DNA from: Coxiellaceae bacterium
GTDB lineage: Bacteria > Pseudomonadota > Gammaproteobacteria > JAJRRL01
Length of the DNA stretch: 64,000 nucleotides
Reading direction: 5' to 3'
Assembly (NCBI GenBank): GCA_047404195.1
Contig: JBDOIU010000005.1
Location: 75,643 to 139,642 of the forward strand
The first letter of the stretch is position 1. Each line of letters begins with the position of its first letter. The translations under genes and the position numbers were made by a program. The notes beneath the pieces were generated by a model that made no database searches, was not told the DNA's origin, and worked only from the letters and a program-made list of their open reading frames with translations. Below, piece after piece: positions 32,149 to 40,819 of the stretch.

Positions 32149-33126
32149 ATGTCTATGTTACGTTTTAATGAATCATTATTAACGTTATTGAAACCACATA
32201 TTTTCAACTCTCCTGTCCATCATGTGTCTGCTTTTGAGCATGATGAAAGTTATCTAAAAGAATTCCTATCGATTTTGTTTGACCCATTAAAGGGCGCTGA
32301 GAATAACTTAGTTGAAGTATGGAATAGTGCAGAGCAGGTTAATTCTGCCGCTTGGACACATTCCATACCGACTGATGCAACTTTGTATAGGGATGTGCGC
32401 TCAATAAAGAAGTGTATGGATCTAAAGTGCTCTATTGTTTTCGATCAATATTTTAAATATTCAATGATGGCTAAGCAGCTGATTGCGTTAATTCATGAAA
32501 CGCTTAACTGCGGTGGTGGATGTAATGCTTATCTATCACAAAAGGGTGGTAAAGCTTTTCCGATACACAGGGACGGTCATCACGTACTTATTTTTGCGTT
32601 ATCAGGCCAGAAAAGATGGAAAGTTTATAATCACAAACAAAATGCATATTACGCACAAATGAAAGTGCCAGATGAAACCACTGATGATGAGATACGTGCT
32701 TCTGGTTTGGCATTAGATATAATAATGAATCCTGGTGATATTCTTTATATTCCAATTGGGCAATTCCATGAGGTTGAGAATTTGTCAAATCATTCGCTAC
32801 ATTTGACAGCATCCATGGTTTACAAAAATCTGCCAATACTGATGAGTGAGATCTTGGCATCTATGTCATCAATAAAAGAAAAAAATGCAAGCCCCGAGCT
32901 GCTTTCGTTACTGAGCCAACTGCATCCTGCACAGTGCTCTAATACAGCAATATCCAAGGATTCATTGATTGACTCCCTAAAGGATGTCGTTAAGCTAATG
33001 GAGCTGGTTGTAAGGCACGATTCCTTCCCTGAAATGCATTTGGCGCGAGTCAGGAACAGGTATCTTGATATCCTGAAGCAACCGTCAGATGATTGGTTGC
33101 AAGAGGTGGGTTCGATTGAAGGTTAG
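32149..33126 (+). CDS. JmjC/cupin-like 2-oxoglutarate Fe(II) oxygenase (Cupin_4 / YcfD-NO66-like)
   Basis: NAYLS...AFPIHRD (HxD), LSGQKRWKVY, and PGDILYIPIGQFHEV (distal His). AAGGAG RBS at 32141; the true start may be ATG 32155. Confidence 0.9.
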   Translation: MSMLRFNESLLTLLKPHIFNSPVHHVSAFEHDESYLKEFLSILFDPLKGAENNLVEVWNSAEQVNSAAWTHSIPTDATLYRDVRSIKKCMDLKCSIVFDQYFKYSMMAKQLIALIHETLNCGGGCNAYLSQKGGKAFPIHRDGHHVLIFALSGQKRWKVYNHKQNAYYAQMKVPDETTDDEIRASGLALDIIMNPGDILYIPIGQFHEVENLSNHSLHLTASMVYKNLPILMSEILASMSSIKEKNASPELLSLLSQLHPAQCSNTAISKDSLIDSLKDVVKLMELVVRHDSFPEMHLARVRNRYLDILKQPSDDWLQEVGSIEG

Positions 33127-33934
33127 CCCTGCTCGTTTGGCGTCTCTCTCCCATTTATCACCCAAGCATTTATCCGCAATGTGTGATATCACGCAAATTT
33201 CACAGCTGTGTTGCTCACTATGTGGTTACTGCTTAACCTCAATTTATATTCGTGGTTCGACGGTATATGGAACTGCGCTCTCGCACTCAGATCTAGATGT
33301 TGTTGTTTTGTGTCAAGACATACCAATGACTCGTGCCGCTAAATTAAAACGTTATATTAAATATTTATGTGGATTCACGATCAGGTCTTTTGATCTGGGT
33401 ATCAAGGTTTTTTCTGTTGATTCTGATCGTAGAATCATTCCGCCAACTGATTCTGTAGGCTATGATTATATGATTGCTGAGAAATGCGTCAACTTTGACA
33501 TTTACATGAATGGAGTCTGTTACTACGGACAGGCGATACCTAGAGCAGATGATGTATTTGAATCAACTGAAGAGCTTTTGTATTCAAATCGTATTGTATG
33601 GGGCGCTGAGCTGTGTGATATTCTCAAAAAGGCTCAAGCATCACCAGTCTTTTTATGTCAGTTGGCTGGTTATATTGCTAAAAAAATTTTTAGGTGGTAT
33701 GCCTACAATGAAATTGCTACAGATCATATATATCGCACAACTATCATAGACTGCTATCAATATACGTTGCAGTGTTTTCCAGGGTCCTCAGCTCACATTA
33801 ATATGTTATATGCATTATACACACAGGAAATGAACGTATCTTCTGTAGGGGCTCAAGCTGTTTGGGATGCAATTGAAGCGTTATGTCAAAATATTCAATT
33901 ACCACTGCCTAGATTGGATGATTGCCATGATTAA
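33116..33934 (+). CDS. Pol-beta-superfamily nucleotidyltransferase domain protein (paralog 1)
   Basis: SIYIRGSTVYGTALSHSDLDVVV (hGS...DhD). Probable TTG start 33116 with GAGGTG RBS, overlapping the JmjC stop (ORF track start 33089). Confidence 0.8.
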   Translation: MKVSPARLASLSHLSPKHLSAMCDITQISQLCCSLCGYCLTSIYIRGSTVYGTALSHSDLDVVVLCQDIPMTRAAKLKRYIKYLCGFTIRSFDLGIKVFSVDSDRRIIPPTDSVGYDYMIAEKCVNFDIYMNGVCYYGQAIPRADDVFESTEELLYSNRIVWGAELCDILKKAQASPVFLCQLAGYIAKKIFRWYAYNEIATDHIYRTTIIDCYQYTLQCFPGSSAHINMLYALYTQEMNVSSVGAQAVWDAIEALCQNIQLPLPRLDDCHD

Positions 33935-34721
33935 TCAAGTGGGAACAATACAACCGCTTGATGAGAGTGGTCACATTCTTAACTTGACCAGTCATACAAG
34001 TCTACAGCGCTGCTGGCGGCAACTCTTGGAGACAGTACTCAAAAGCCTCGTAGAGTCGACATCCAATATACATTCAATTTATGTACGTGGGTCGGTTGCT
34101 GTTGGTCGTGCCATCAAGGACGTATCAGATCTTGATCTCATTGTTGTGGCCTTTAATGACTATGAGAAAAATCAAGCCGCATGCGAAGTAATCAAAAACA
34201 ATCACAGTCATTCGGATAGTTTTTGCAAAAAAATAGATATTTCACTTTGTACAGACGAGATGTTATTGTCCCCGTCTGATACCAGTCGCTTCTTCATTAA
34301 GACGCAGTCACTTCATATTTATGGGCGTGATATTTCACATGCGATCCCGAGCTTTGGCATAGACACGAATTTGATATCACACTGCTGGATGAATGATAAG
34401 GGTGTATTAGAGATGCTTATCAAGCATCTCTCTAGCAATGATGTTGAGATCAATATACAAGAGTGGTGTGTTTGGTTAATGAAAATGATAGTTCGCAATG
34501 CTTTTTTGACTGTAATGACGAAAGCGCAATGTTATACGCGTGATCTTTGGCCGTGTTATGATATATTCAGCCACTATCATCTAAATGAAATATCAGATTC
34601 TATTTATGCTGCGCTAAAACTGGCTGTTGAGCCTAGCAAAAATTCAGATGAGGTTATTGGTGTGGCACGCAGAGCCATGGATCATGTTTATGGTGTGGCT
34701 CTGGCAACGGCATTTTCTTGA
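33927..34721 (+). CDS. Pol-beta-superfamily nucleotidyltransferase domain protein (paralog 2)
   Basis: SIYVRGSVAVGRAIKDVSDLDLIVV, with a likely third Asp in KIDISL and C-terminal W.MK..VR...YTRDLWPCY. ATG 33927 overlaps the upstream stop (ATGATTAA). Confidence 0.87.
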   Translation: MINQVGTIQPLDESGHILNLTSHTSLQRCWRQLLETVLKSLVESTSNIHSIYVRGSVAVGRAIKDVSDLDLIVVAFNDYEKNQAACEVIKNNHSHSDSFCKKIDISLCTDEMLLSPSDTSRFFIKTQSLHIYGRDISHAIPSFGIDTNLISHCWMNDKGVLEMLIKHLSSNDVEINIQEWCVWLMKMIVRNAFLTVMTKAQCYTRDLWPCYDIFSHYHLNEISDSIYAALKLAVEPSKNSDEVIGVARRAMDHVYGVALATAFS

Positions 34722-34792
34722 GAGTCGTTCCTGAGCGTATAAGCATATGATATAAATCATATAAGATTTTGAGGTTAATGTGGTTTCATCTG

Positions 34793-35584
34793 TCAAAGCT
34801 GATTTTTATACTTAATTGTCTTTTGAATTTTTTGTATAACAAGAAACTTTTGGGTGACATGCAATGCGAGTGCATTATCATCCGCATAAACTTGATCATG
34901 CGCAAGTTGTAGTGGCTCGTTATAACCTGTGTTAAGGAAATAACTGAGTAGAGACTGTGGTATTTTGCGCACGCATTGGTTTGTTGCTAAAGAAGACAAG
35001 AGAAGGTGTGTTTGAAAGATGATACTTGGCTTCATTAGCAGTGATGTAATGAGTAGTGTGATACACAATAGTCGCGATGCTCTCCTGCTAAAAAACGCCC
35101 ACTTAGGCTTGATGAGTGTGACTATTTCTGTTGTGAGCACCAATGTTGCCACTAAGTTGAGGCACAATGTGGCTTTTCTAAGGGTGGGTGTGATAGCTTT
35201 CTTTTGGCTACGAATGAGTAGGTAGTAATTGCTGCATAATTTCAGGAACTGTGAGTGCTGTGCTAGAAATGTCATGTCAATTTTATTTTGTAGTTCAGTG
35301 ATAAGTCGTTTTCTATCTACATTGTCACGACAAATCAACTTGATATGTTTCTGGGTGGTGCCGTATTTTTTTGTTGCTCCTTTAATATTACCACTATCGA
35401 TATCAGCAAGCACAAGCAAAAGCAGGCATGCATAAAGCTCGGAGTGGGTTGATTTTTCAATTAACTGAAGTAGCGATTGTAGCGCTACTTGGTTGATACA
35501 TCCCCCAGTGCGCTTGCTGAGCACTGTGGCACATGTGGCATCATGCTCTAGTGCCAAGAGGTATTGCTCAAGTGGGTTTGTCAT
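34793..35584 (-). CDS. Hypothetical membrane protein
   Basis: 263-aa ORF with hydrophobic segments in the C-terminal half and no recognisable motif. Confidence 0.55.
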   Translation of the reverse strand: MTNPLEQYLLALEHDATCATVLSKRTGGCINQVALQSLLQLIEKSTHSELYACLLLLVLADIDSGNIKGATKKYGTTQKHIKLICRDNVDRKRLITELQNKIDMTFLAQHSQFLKLCSNYYLLIRSQKKAITPTLRKATLCLNLVATLVLTTEIVTLIKPKWAFFSRRASRLLCITLLITSLLMKPSIIFQTHLLLSSLATNQCVRKIPQSLLSYFLNTGYNEPLQLAHDQVYADDNALALHVTQKFLVIQKIQKTIKYKNQL

Positions 35585-35854
35585 TATCCAGCATCCATGT
35601 GGTGACTAGTTATATATGTTACCTGATACAGCCATTATGATCTAGATGATTGTCTTGAAACTGTTGAGTTGATCAGGCTAAAACGTTTAAAAGTAAGCGG
35701 TATGGCATGATATCAATATGTTATGGCCGATATCAGCGCGTTACATGCAGACATGGTGCGTGTTGAAAATGGGGTATAAATATCTGTACATTGTTCAGTC
35801 AGCCTGGTATAGTTCACCATTGTGTTACATTTATTACCTAATAGGATAATCACC

Positions 35855-37111
35855 ATGGCAAGTAACTGGCCTGGGCTACAACAAGCAATAGTCCAATCGA
35901 TTCAATATGATAAGCCTACTGCCATTCAGCGTCAGGCTATACCGGCGGTATTACAGGAGAGGGATGTGATTGCAGCAGCCCAAACAGGTACTGGCAAAAC
36001 AGCTGCTTTTGTGCTGCCGTTATTGCAACTATTATCATCACGCCAGGTCATTAAGCAGGATTCCGTGCGTGCGTTGATTCTCACGCCAACGCGAGAGCTC
36101 GCAGCACAAGTGCATCAAAGCGTCTGCGACTATGGTAAGCAGTTAACATTGACCTCATGTGTCATATTTGGTGGTGTTAAAATAAACCCACAAATTAGGC
36201 GCTTGAAAGCCGGTGCTGATATTGTGATTGCTACGCCAGGTCGTTTGTTAGATTTGGTCAATCAGGGGCATCTTGATTTATCTTTTATTGAAATACTGGT
36301 TCTTGATGAGGCTGATCGTATGCTTGATATGGGTTTCATCAGAGACATTAAGCGCATCATTTCACATTTACCAAAGCGACGACAAAACCTGCTCTTTTCA
36401 GCAACCTTCTCAAAAGAGATAAAATCACTGGCGAGTAAGCTTTTATATAAGCCGATTATGATTGGTGAGGATAGATGTAACGTTACCGCTGATCATGTCA
36501 AGCAGTGTATTTACCGCGTTGACAAGGCCCGAAAGAGGGAGCTGATTTCGTATCTCATTGGCTCTGAAAACTGGCAGCAGGTGTTGATATTTACGCGCAC
36601 AAAGCACGGTGCTAACCGTTTAGCTAAACAGCTAGATTGTGATGGTTTGCCTGCTGCTGCCATTCATGGAAACAAAAGCCAGGGTGCTCGCACACGTGCA
36701 CTGGCAGGCTTTAAGGCAGGTGATATTCGAGTATTGGTCGCAACCGACATTGCCGCGAGGGGGCTGGATATTGATAAGCTGCCACATGTCGTTAACTTCG
36801 AATTACCAAATGTCCCTGAAGATTATGTGCATCGAATTGGTAGAACAGGTCGCGCGGAAAATTCCGGGCTGGCAATATCTCTTGTGAGTGCTGAAGATGA
36901 GCCCTTACTATTTGCTATTGAAAAAGTGTTGAAGCGACGTATTGAATCTAAGGTGCTAGCAGGTTATGAGCCTAAGATTAAGGCAGCACAACCTGTCCAG
37001 TCAGGTAAAAAAAATAGTCCATCAAAGAATGCAGGGCAGAGAAAGCGGGTAAGAAATGATAGATCTTTTCGGCGAAATAAATCTGCAAAGCGTGCTAAAC
37101 CAGGTGAATAG
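35855..37111 (+). CDS. rhlE: DEAD-box RNA helicase (RhlE-like)
   Basis: Motifs [33 protein letters not shown] and HRIGRTGRA, plus a basic C-terminal tail. ATG 35855 after AGGA. Confidence 0.92.
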   Translation: MASNWPGLQQAIVQSIQYDKPTAIQRQAIPAVLQERDVIAAAQTGTGKTAAFVLPLLQLLSSRQVIKQDSVRALILTPTRELAAQVHQSVCDYGKQLTLTSCVIFGGVKINPQIRRLKAGADIVIATPGRLLDLVNQGHLDLSFIEILVLDEADRMLDMGFIRDIKRIISHLPKRRQNLLFSATFSKEIKSLASKLLYKPIMIGEDRCNVTADHVKQCIYRVDKARKRELISYLIGSENWQQVLIFTRTKHGANRLAKQLDCDGLPAAAIHGNKSQGARTRALAGFKAGDIRVLVATDIAARGLDIDKLPHVVNFELPNVPEDYVHRIGRTGRAENSGLAISLVSAEDEPLLFAIEKVLKRRIESKVLAGYEPKIKAAQPVQSGKKNSPSKNAGQRKRVRNDRSFRRNKSAKRAKPGE

Positions 37112-37206
37112 CGTGGCAAGTGCACATCCATTGGTCTCGCAGAGGATCTGCAATTTGATTGATCTGATTGGCTAGAAATAAATTGCACTCAGCTTAAACC
37201 GAGACA

Positions 37207-37923
37207 TTATTGTTTTTTCTCGGCCATGCTTGCTTTGATTTGTGCACAAATTGTTTTATGTTTTCTGCTAGTCAGGTTGATTGTAAAGGTATTCAGAGCA
37301 GGGCGCTGCGTTATTGCCGGGTTATTTGTAGCGTAACGTTGAATGAATAGCCCGTTTGGAATCAGCTTGACGTGAGAAAACCCGCCAGACATTCGATCGC
37401 CTCCGGCAATTTTGCATTGGTAATGTAGGCCTGAGTGATCTTGATTTATAATGACAAGCGATGAGAATTGCCCACTGCCACCACCTGAGTCATTCACGAG
37501 ATAAAGGTTGCGGCCTTGTCTGAGCGAGCCAATCAGCTTCACTGAAAAGAATCCCTGAGGCTCATTATTGACTCTCTTAAATTCAACAATGTCCCAGCCG
37601 CCGTAATTTCTTGTGGTGATACCCGCAGGTAGTTCATTGCATGGTGGCATACTCGTTCTACTGTCGTGAGCTGTATTGTGGCTGGATTGGTTCAGATAAC
37701 CGCGCCCAGAGAAATTATCGCTTTTCGTCATATACCAGATGCAGTATGCGGAAATATGCTGACCCGTTCTTTCTGGTTGTGTGACTGCGTGCTGTTTTGG
37801 TAGTAAGCTTGACGCATTTAACTTCTTTTGCTGCAGATTTAGATGGTCACTATAGCATAATGACGTTGTGCAAAATAACAGCGACGCCAGAAGCGATCTC
37901 AGTGACAGGGTGTTCATATGCAT
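37207..37923 (-). CDS. Secreted hypothetical protein
   Basis: N-terminal signal-like segment (LRSLLASLLFCTTSLCYS) and Gly-rich motifs SGGGSGQFSSL and AGGDRMSGG. Confidence 0.65.
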   Translation of the reverse strand: MHMNTLSLRSLLASLLFCTTSLCYSDHLNLQQKKLNASSLLPKQHAVTQPERTGQHISAYCIWYMTKSDNFSGRGYLNQSSHNTAHDSRTSMPPCNELPAGITTRNYGGWDIVEFKRVNNEPQGFFSVKLIGSLRQGRNLYLVNDSGGGSGQFSSLVIINQDHSGLHYQCKIAGGDRMSGGFSHVKLIPNGLFIQRYATNNPAITQRPALNTFTINLTSRKHKTICAQIKASMAEKKQ

Positions 37924-38105
37924 AGTATATTACTCCAACTGCTGGGTAATTCTACTCTATCTCTAGTCGGTAACATTGTCTAGCCATTCCTGTGAGCCAT
38001 AATAGATTTGTTGCTGAGAAAGTGAACGCTAGCAGAGTGAGCTACTAGCAAGATTTATTACTTGAATAGAGCTGATAGTCCATATTTTCATTACAGTATT
38101 CGGTT

Positions 38106-38133
38106 ATGCGCGATAATTCTTATTATCGCGCAT
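38106..38133. other. Perfect 12-bp inverted repeat (hairpin/operator)
   Basis: ATGCGCGATAAT-TCTT-ATTATCGCGCAT in an intergenic region. Confidence 0.6.
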
Positions 38134-38248
38134 TAGCATTTTGAGCCATCTGATTGCCACGATTCGTTTGTAACACCATTAGACCATCAAAAAACGTTCA
38201 ATTTACTCAATAACACAGTTGATCATCATGTCCGTATATGCCCCTGGA

Positions 38249-38749
38249 TCAGTCTTTGGCTTTTTTGTATATCAAGCTGATATCATAGATGACTCGTTCA
38301 TAATCCCGCATCTGATTGCTGATCAGTCGAGTGAATTCAGAATAGCTTTCGTCAATTTTTGTAAACTTCAACTTTGACCATGAGCGTTTAAAATATACTT
38401 CACTGGAATCACCATTTTTACTACGCGTACTGTAGTGATACGAACCATGGTCACCTTGAAAGTGTGATGTTGTATTGTTATAGATATCAATCATCACCTT
38501 ATCATTGTAATTCACGCACAATGTTCTTTTGGTAATGTCATCAACAAAAAATCCATGAACAGCACTACCTGGTGCGTCAAGAATTTGTCCACCATATTGT
38601 GATATCATCGTTGTGTGTATCTCAGCACTATTTACATGGGCGCTTTGATAGCGGTATTTTGTATACCCATCTGGACAGCCTTCTGCAAAAGCGGCAAAAC
38701 TGCAGCCAGATACGAGCAGGCCAAGGAGTAAGCGGATATTGTTTTTCAT
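38249..38749 (-). CDS. Secreted hypothetical protein (CPxGY family, copy A)
   Basis: Start moved to ATG 38749, giving signal peptide MKNNIRLLLGLLVSGCSFAAFA followed by EGCPDGYTKY. Confidence 0.7.
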   Translation of the reverse strand: MKNNIRLLLGLLVSGCSFAAFAEGCPDGYTKYRYQSAHVNSAEIHTTMISQYGGQILDAPGSAVHGFFVDDITKRTLCVNYNDKVMIDIYNNTTSHFQGDHGSYHYSTRSKNGDSSEVYFKRSWSKLKFTKIDESYSEFTRLISNQMRDYERVIYDISLIYKKAKD

Positions 38750-38795
38750 TATTGTACACTCAATAAAATGATGTATGTTAATGGGGGCAACAGCC

Positions 38796-39083
38796 TCATC
38801 CCCAGTTGATATTGCCTTGACCGCTTGTACCCGCAGCCTCGCCATCATCTGATGATGTAAGGCAACATATCATAGGGACAGCATCAGTAGATGCACAGGT
38901 CCATGTCACATAGCCAGATATGTTGTTTGGGATACTATTTTGGCACACTGCATACTTGCCGCTTTGTAGCAGCGCTGCAACTTTTGAATCGTGTGATAGT
39001 TCTAGGCTTGCGGCAAATAGTGTATTTGTTGAAACGACGCATGCGAGCATTGCAATAGATCTAGTGATGATATTTGTAAACAT
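38796..39083 (-). CDS. Small secreted Cys-containing protein
   Basis: AAGGAG RBS, signal peptide ending LFA, and 4 Cys in the mature part. Confidence 0.65.
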   Translation of the reverse strand: MFTNIITRSIAMLACVVSTNTLFAASLELSHDSKVAALLQSGKYAVCQNSIPNNISGYVTWTCASTDAVPMICCLTSSDDGEAAGTSGQGNINWG

Positions 39084-39178
39084 GTATACTCCTTATGAAG
39101 TTTGCTTGATGTTTGAAGTGGGTTATTGAAAAGCCCCACTTCTTGAATACAACCAAGCTAACACAGTCCATATAGTCA

Positions 39179-39205
39179 AAGATAGGGTATAAATTACCCT
39201 ATCTT
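39179..39205. other. Perfect 11-bp inverted repeat (possible terminator/operator)
   Basis: AAGATAGGGTA-TAAAT-TACCCTATCTT, about 60 bp downstream of the 39265 gene stop. Confidence 0.55.
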
Positions 39206-39264
39206 GTTATGAACAAAGGATGAGTCGATAACAGCAAGTTGATCTTAAGGCCAGTGAGATGACC

Positions 39265-39744
39265 TTAATTTTGTGCTTGAAATCTCAGGTGACCTTTTAA
39301 CACAAGAGCTTTGATATTTGGCCGCCCCATTTCACGTAATAGATCAGAGCCAGCATGGATGTGGGTCACATCTAAAGCTCTATTGTGCATATTAAAAGAG
39401 ATGCTGAAGTAATCAGAGTTGACATCAAAACCATGGCTACTCTTTCGATACTTAAATACATTTGTGTCTGGGGGGAAATTAATTGTATGCTGTCCTTGGT
39501 TGATGCAGAAACTACTATCTGATTGAAGCTGTTGCGAGATGAGCTTGTTAAAAAGATTATTCCCACCAAAATTCATGGTCATACCAAAATAAGGTGCTGT
39601 GTCTTTATAAGTCACGAGTAAATTATCAATAGACATACTGGTTGGTGTATACAACGTATAGTTATTTGGGCACGTGTCTGCAAGCGATGCACTCGTGCTA
39701 AGCAAGGCTAATGCGGCAATACTGGTTTTAATGAATGTTTGCAT
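39265..39744 (-). CDS. Secreted hypothetical protein (CPxxY family, copy B)
   Basis: Start moved to ATG 39744 (GGGAG RBS), giving signal peptide MQTFIKTSIAALALLSTSASLA followed by DTCPNNYTLY. Confidence 0.7.
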   Translation of the reverse strand: MQTFIKTSIAALALLSTSASLADTCPNNYTLYTPTSMSIDNLLVTYKDTAPYFGMTMNFGGNNLFNKLISQQLQSDSSFCINQGQHTINFPPDTNVFKYRKSSHGFDVNSDYFSISFNMHNRALDVTHIHAGSDLLREMGRPNIKALVLKGHLRFQAQN

Positions 39745-39826
39745 ATCATGCTCCCAATATAAATGATACATTAATAAGCTATGATGCCTCGATTCATAAG
39801 TCAAGCTGGGCCCCTAGGAGGCCCCT

Positions 39827-40564
39827 CTAGAGTGTGATCCGATCATGGTTTTCCGGTGCTGCATAAGCAAATAATGCGCTGCCTGCCTGCAGAGATCGTA
39901 AAACAGAATGTAACTTCGTTGGTGAAACAGCAAAGCAGCCCCAGCTATTACCTGCTCTATGCTGTTTTTTAATGTTTGATTCACGCGCATAATTTGCCGC
40001 ATGGATCACAATACTGCGTTTGTATGCATTGTCATTGATCCCGTGTTCCAGGCCAAATAGCCGTCGTGACAGGCCGTGCTTTCCTTGATATTCATTGCCA
40101 ACACGGTAAAGCCCTAAACTGCTGGCATGCGTACCAGCATTGTTTGAAAAGTGCCGCGCATAGACGCGCCCGCTACCGCTGCCTTGTGTGGTATAAAGTG
40201 ATGTTACTATTTCTTGCTTCTGAGGATGTATGATCCATAATCTCTTCTCATATGATGGCTTTGAAAAGTCAACAATGGCCAATGTATCATGTGTATTGCT
40301 TAGGTCTCCATGTACCCTTCCCCATTCATAGGCATGTAATGCTCTCCGCAGCACTTGGGGATCAAGATGGTAGCGCTTTGATTCATGCATAAGTCGTGAG
40401 TAGCCACTTAAACTCTTATTTGAAGCGTGTGTCGTGATGTAAGAAGCACCCACCAATAACCCAAAAATACCGCATAACCATACCATCAAATGATGCTCTA
40501 AGTGCTTGATTATATTAGCGAACATACCCGTTACCAACCCTATTTTGTACGTAATTAGCTCCAT
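39827..40564 (-). CDS. Murein L,D-transpeptidase catalytic domain protein (YkuD_2)
   Basis: Motifs AIVDFSKPS.EKRLW, FSN..G..ASSLG, Y.GKHG.SRRL.GLE.GINDNA..R.IVIH and GNSWGCFAV, plus an N-terminal TM. Exact start uncertain. Confidence 0.9.
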   Translation of the reverse strand: MELITYKIGLVTGMFANIIKHLEHHLMVWLCGIFGLLVGASYITTHASNKSLSGYSRLMHESKRYHLDPQVLRRALHAYEWGRVHGDLSNTHDTLAIVDFSKPSYEKRLWIIHPQKQEIVTSLYTTQGSGSGRVYARHFSNNAGTHASSLGLYRVGNEYQGKHGLSRRLFGLEHGINDNAYKRSIVIHAANYARESNIKKQHRAGNSWGCFAVSPTKLHSVLRSLQAGSALFAYAAPENHDRITL

Positions 40565-40819
40565 ATTAGCACATTATATGGTCTTTATCAAAGATATTCT
40601 GCAGCCCCCGAGGGTGTGCGCATAATTTAGTCGCACCTGTTGGGCGAATGCCGTCCTGTATCACTGGGATGCGATCAGCTGTTGTGAGGGTTCGTTTGTG
40701 CTAAAGCGGGTATCATAGCGTATATCCCTAGCACTGATGTGGTAGTATCAGTATGCTTCTTGGATATCAGTAGTGAGATGGTATATATTAGAGATGAATT
40801 AGGCTTAACAGGAGGTGCT

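Noticed and set aside
33116-34721. MNT-HEPN toxin-antitoxin or CBASS cyclase
   Set aside because: Both proteins are ~265-272 aa rather than ~100-aa MNTs, no separate HEPN partner gene is present, and there are no CBASS effector or cap genes. The context is a repeat peptide plus oxygenase.
39156-39212. Integron attC site between small secreted genes
   Set aside because: TAAC...GTTA-like ends exist, but the palindrome is off-centre, the boxes fit poorly, nothing similar recurs after the other genes, and there is no integrase.
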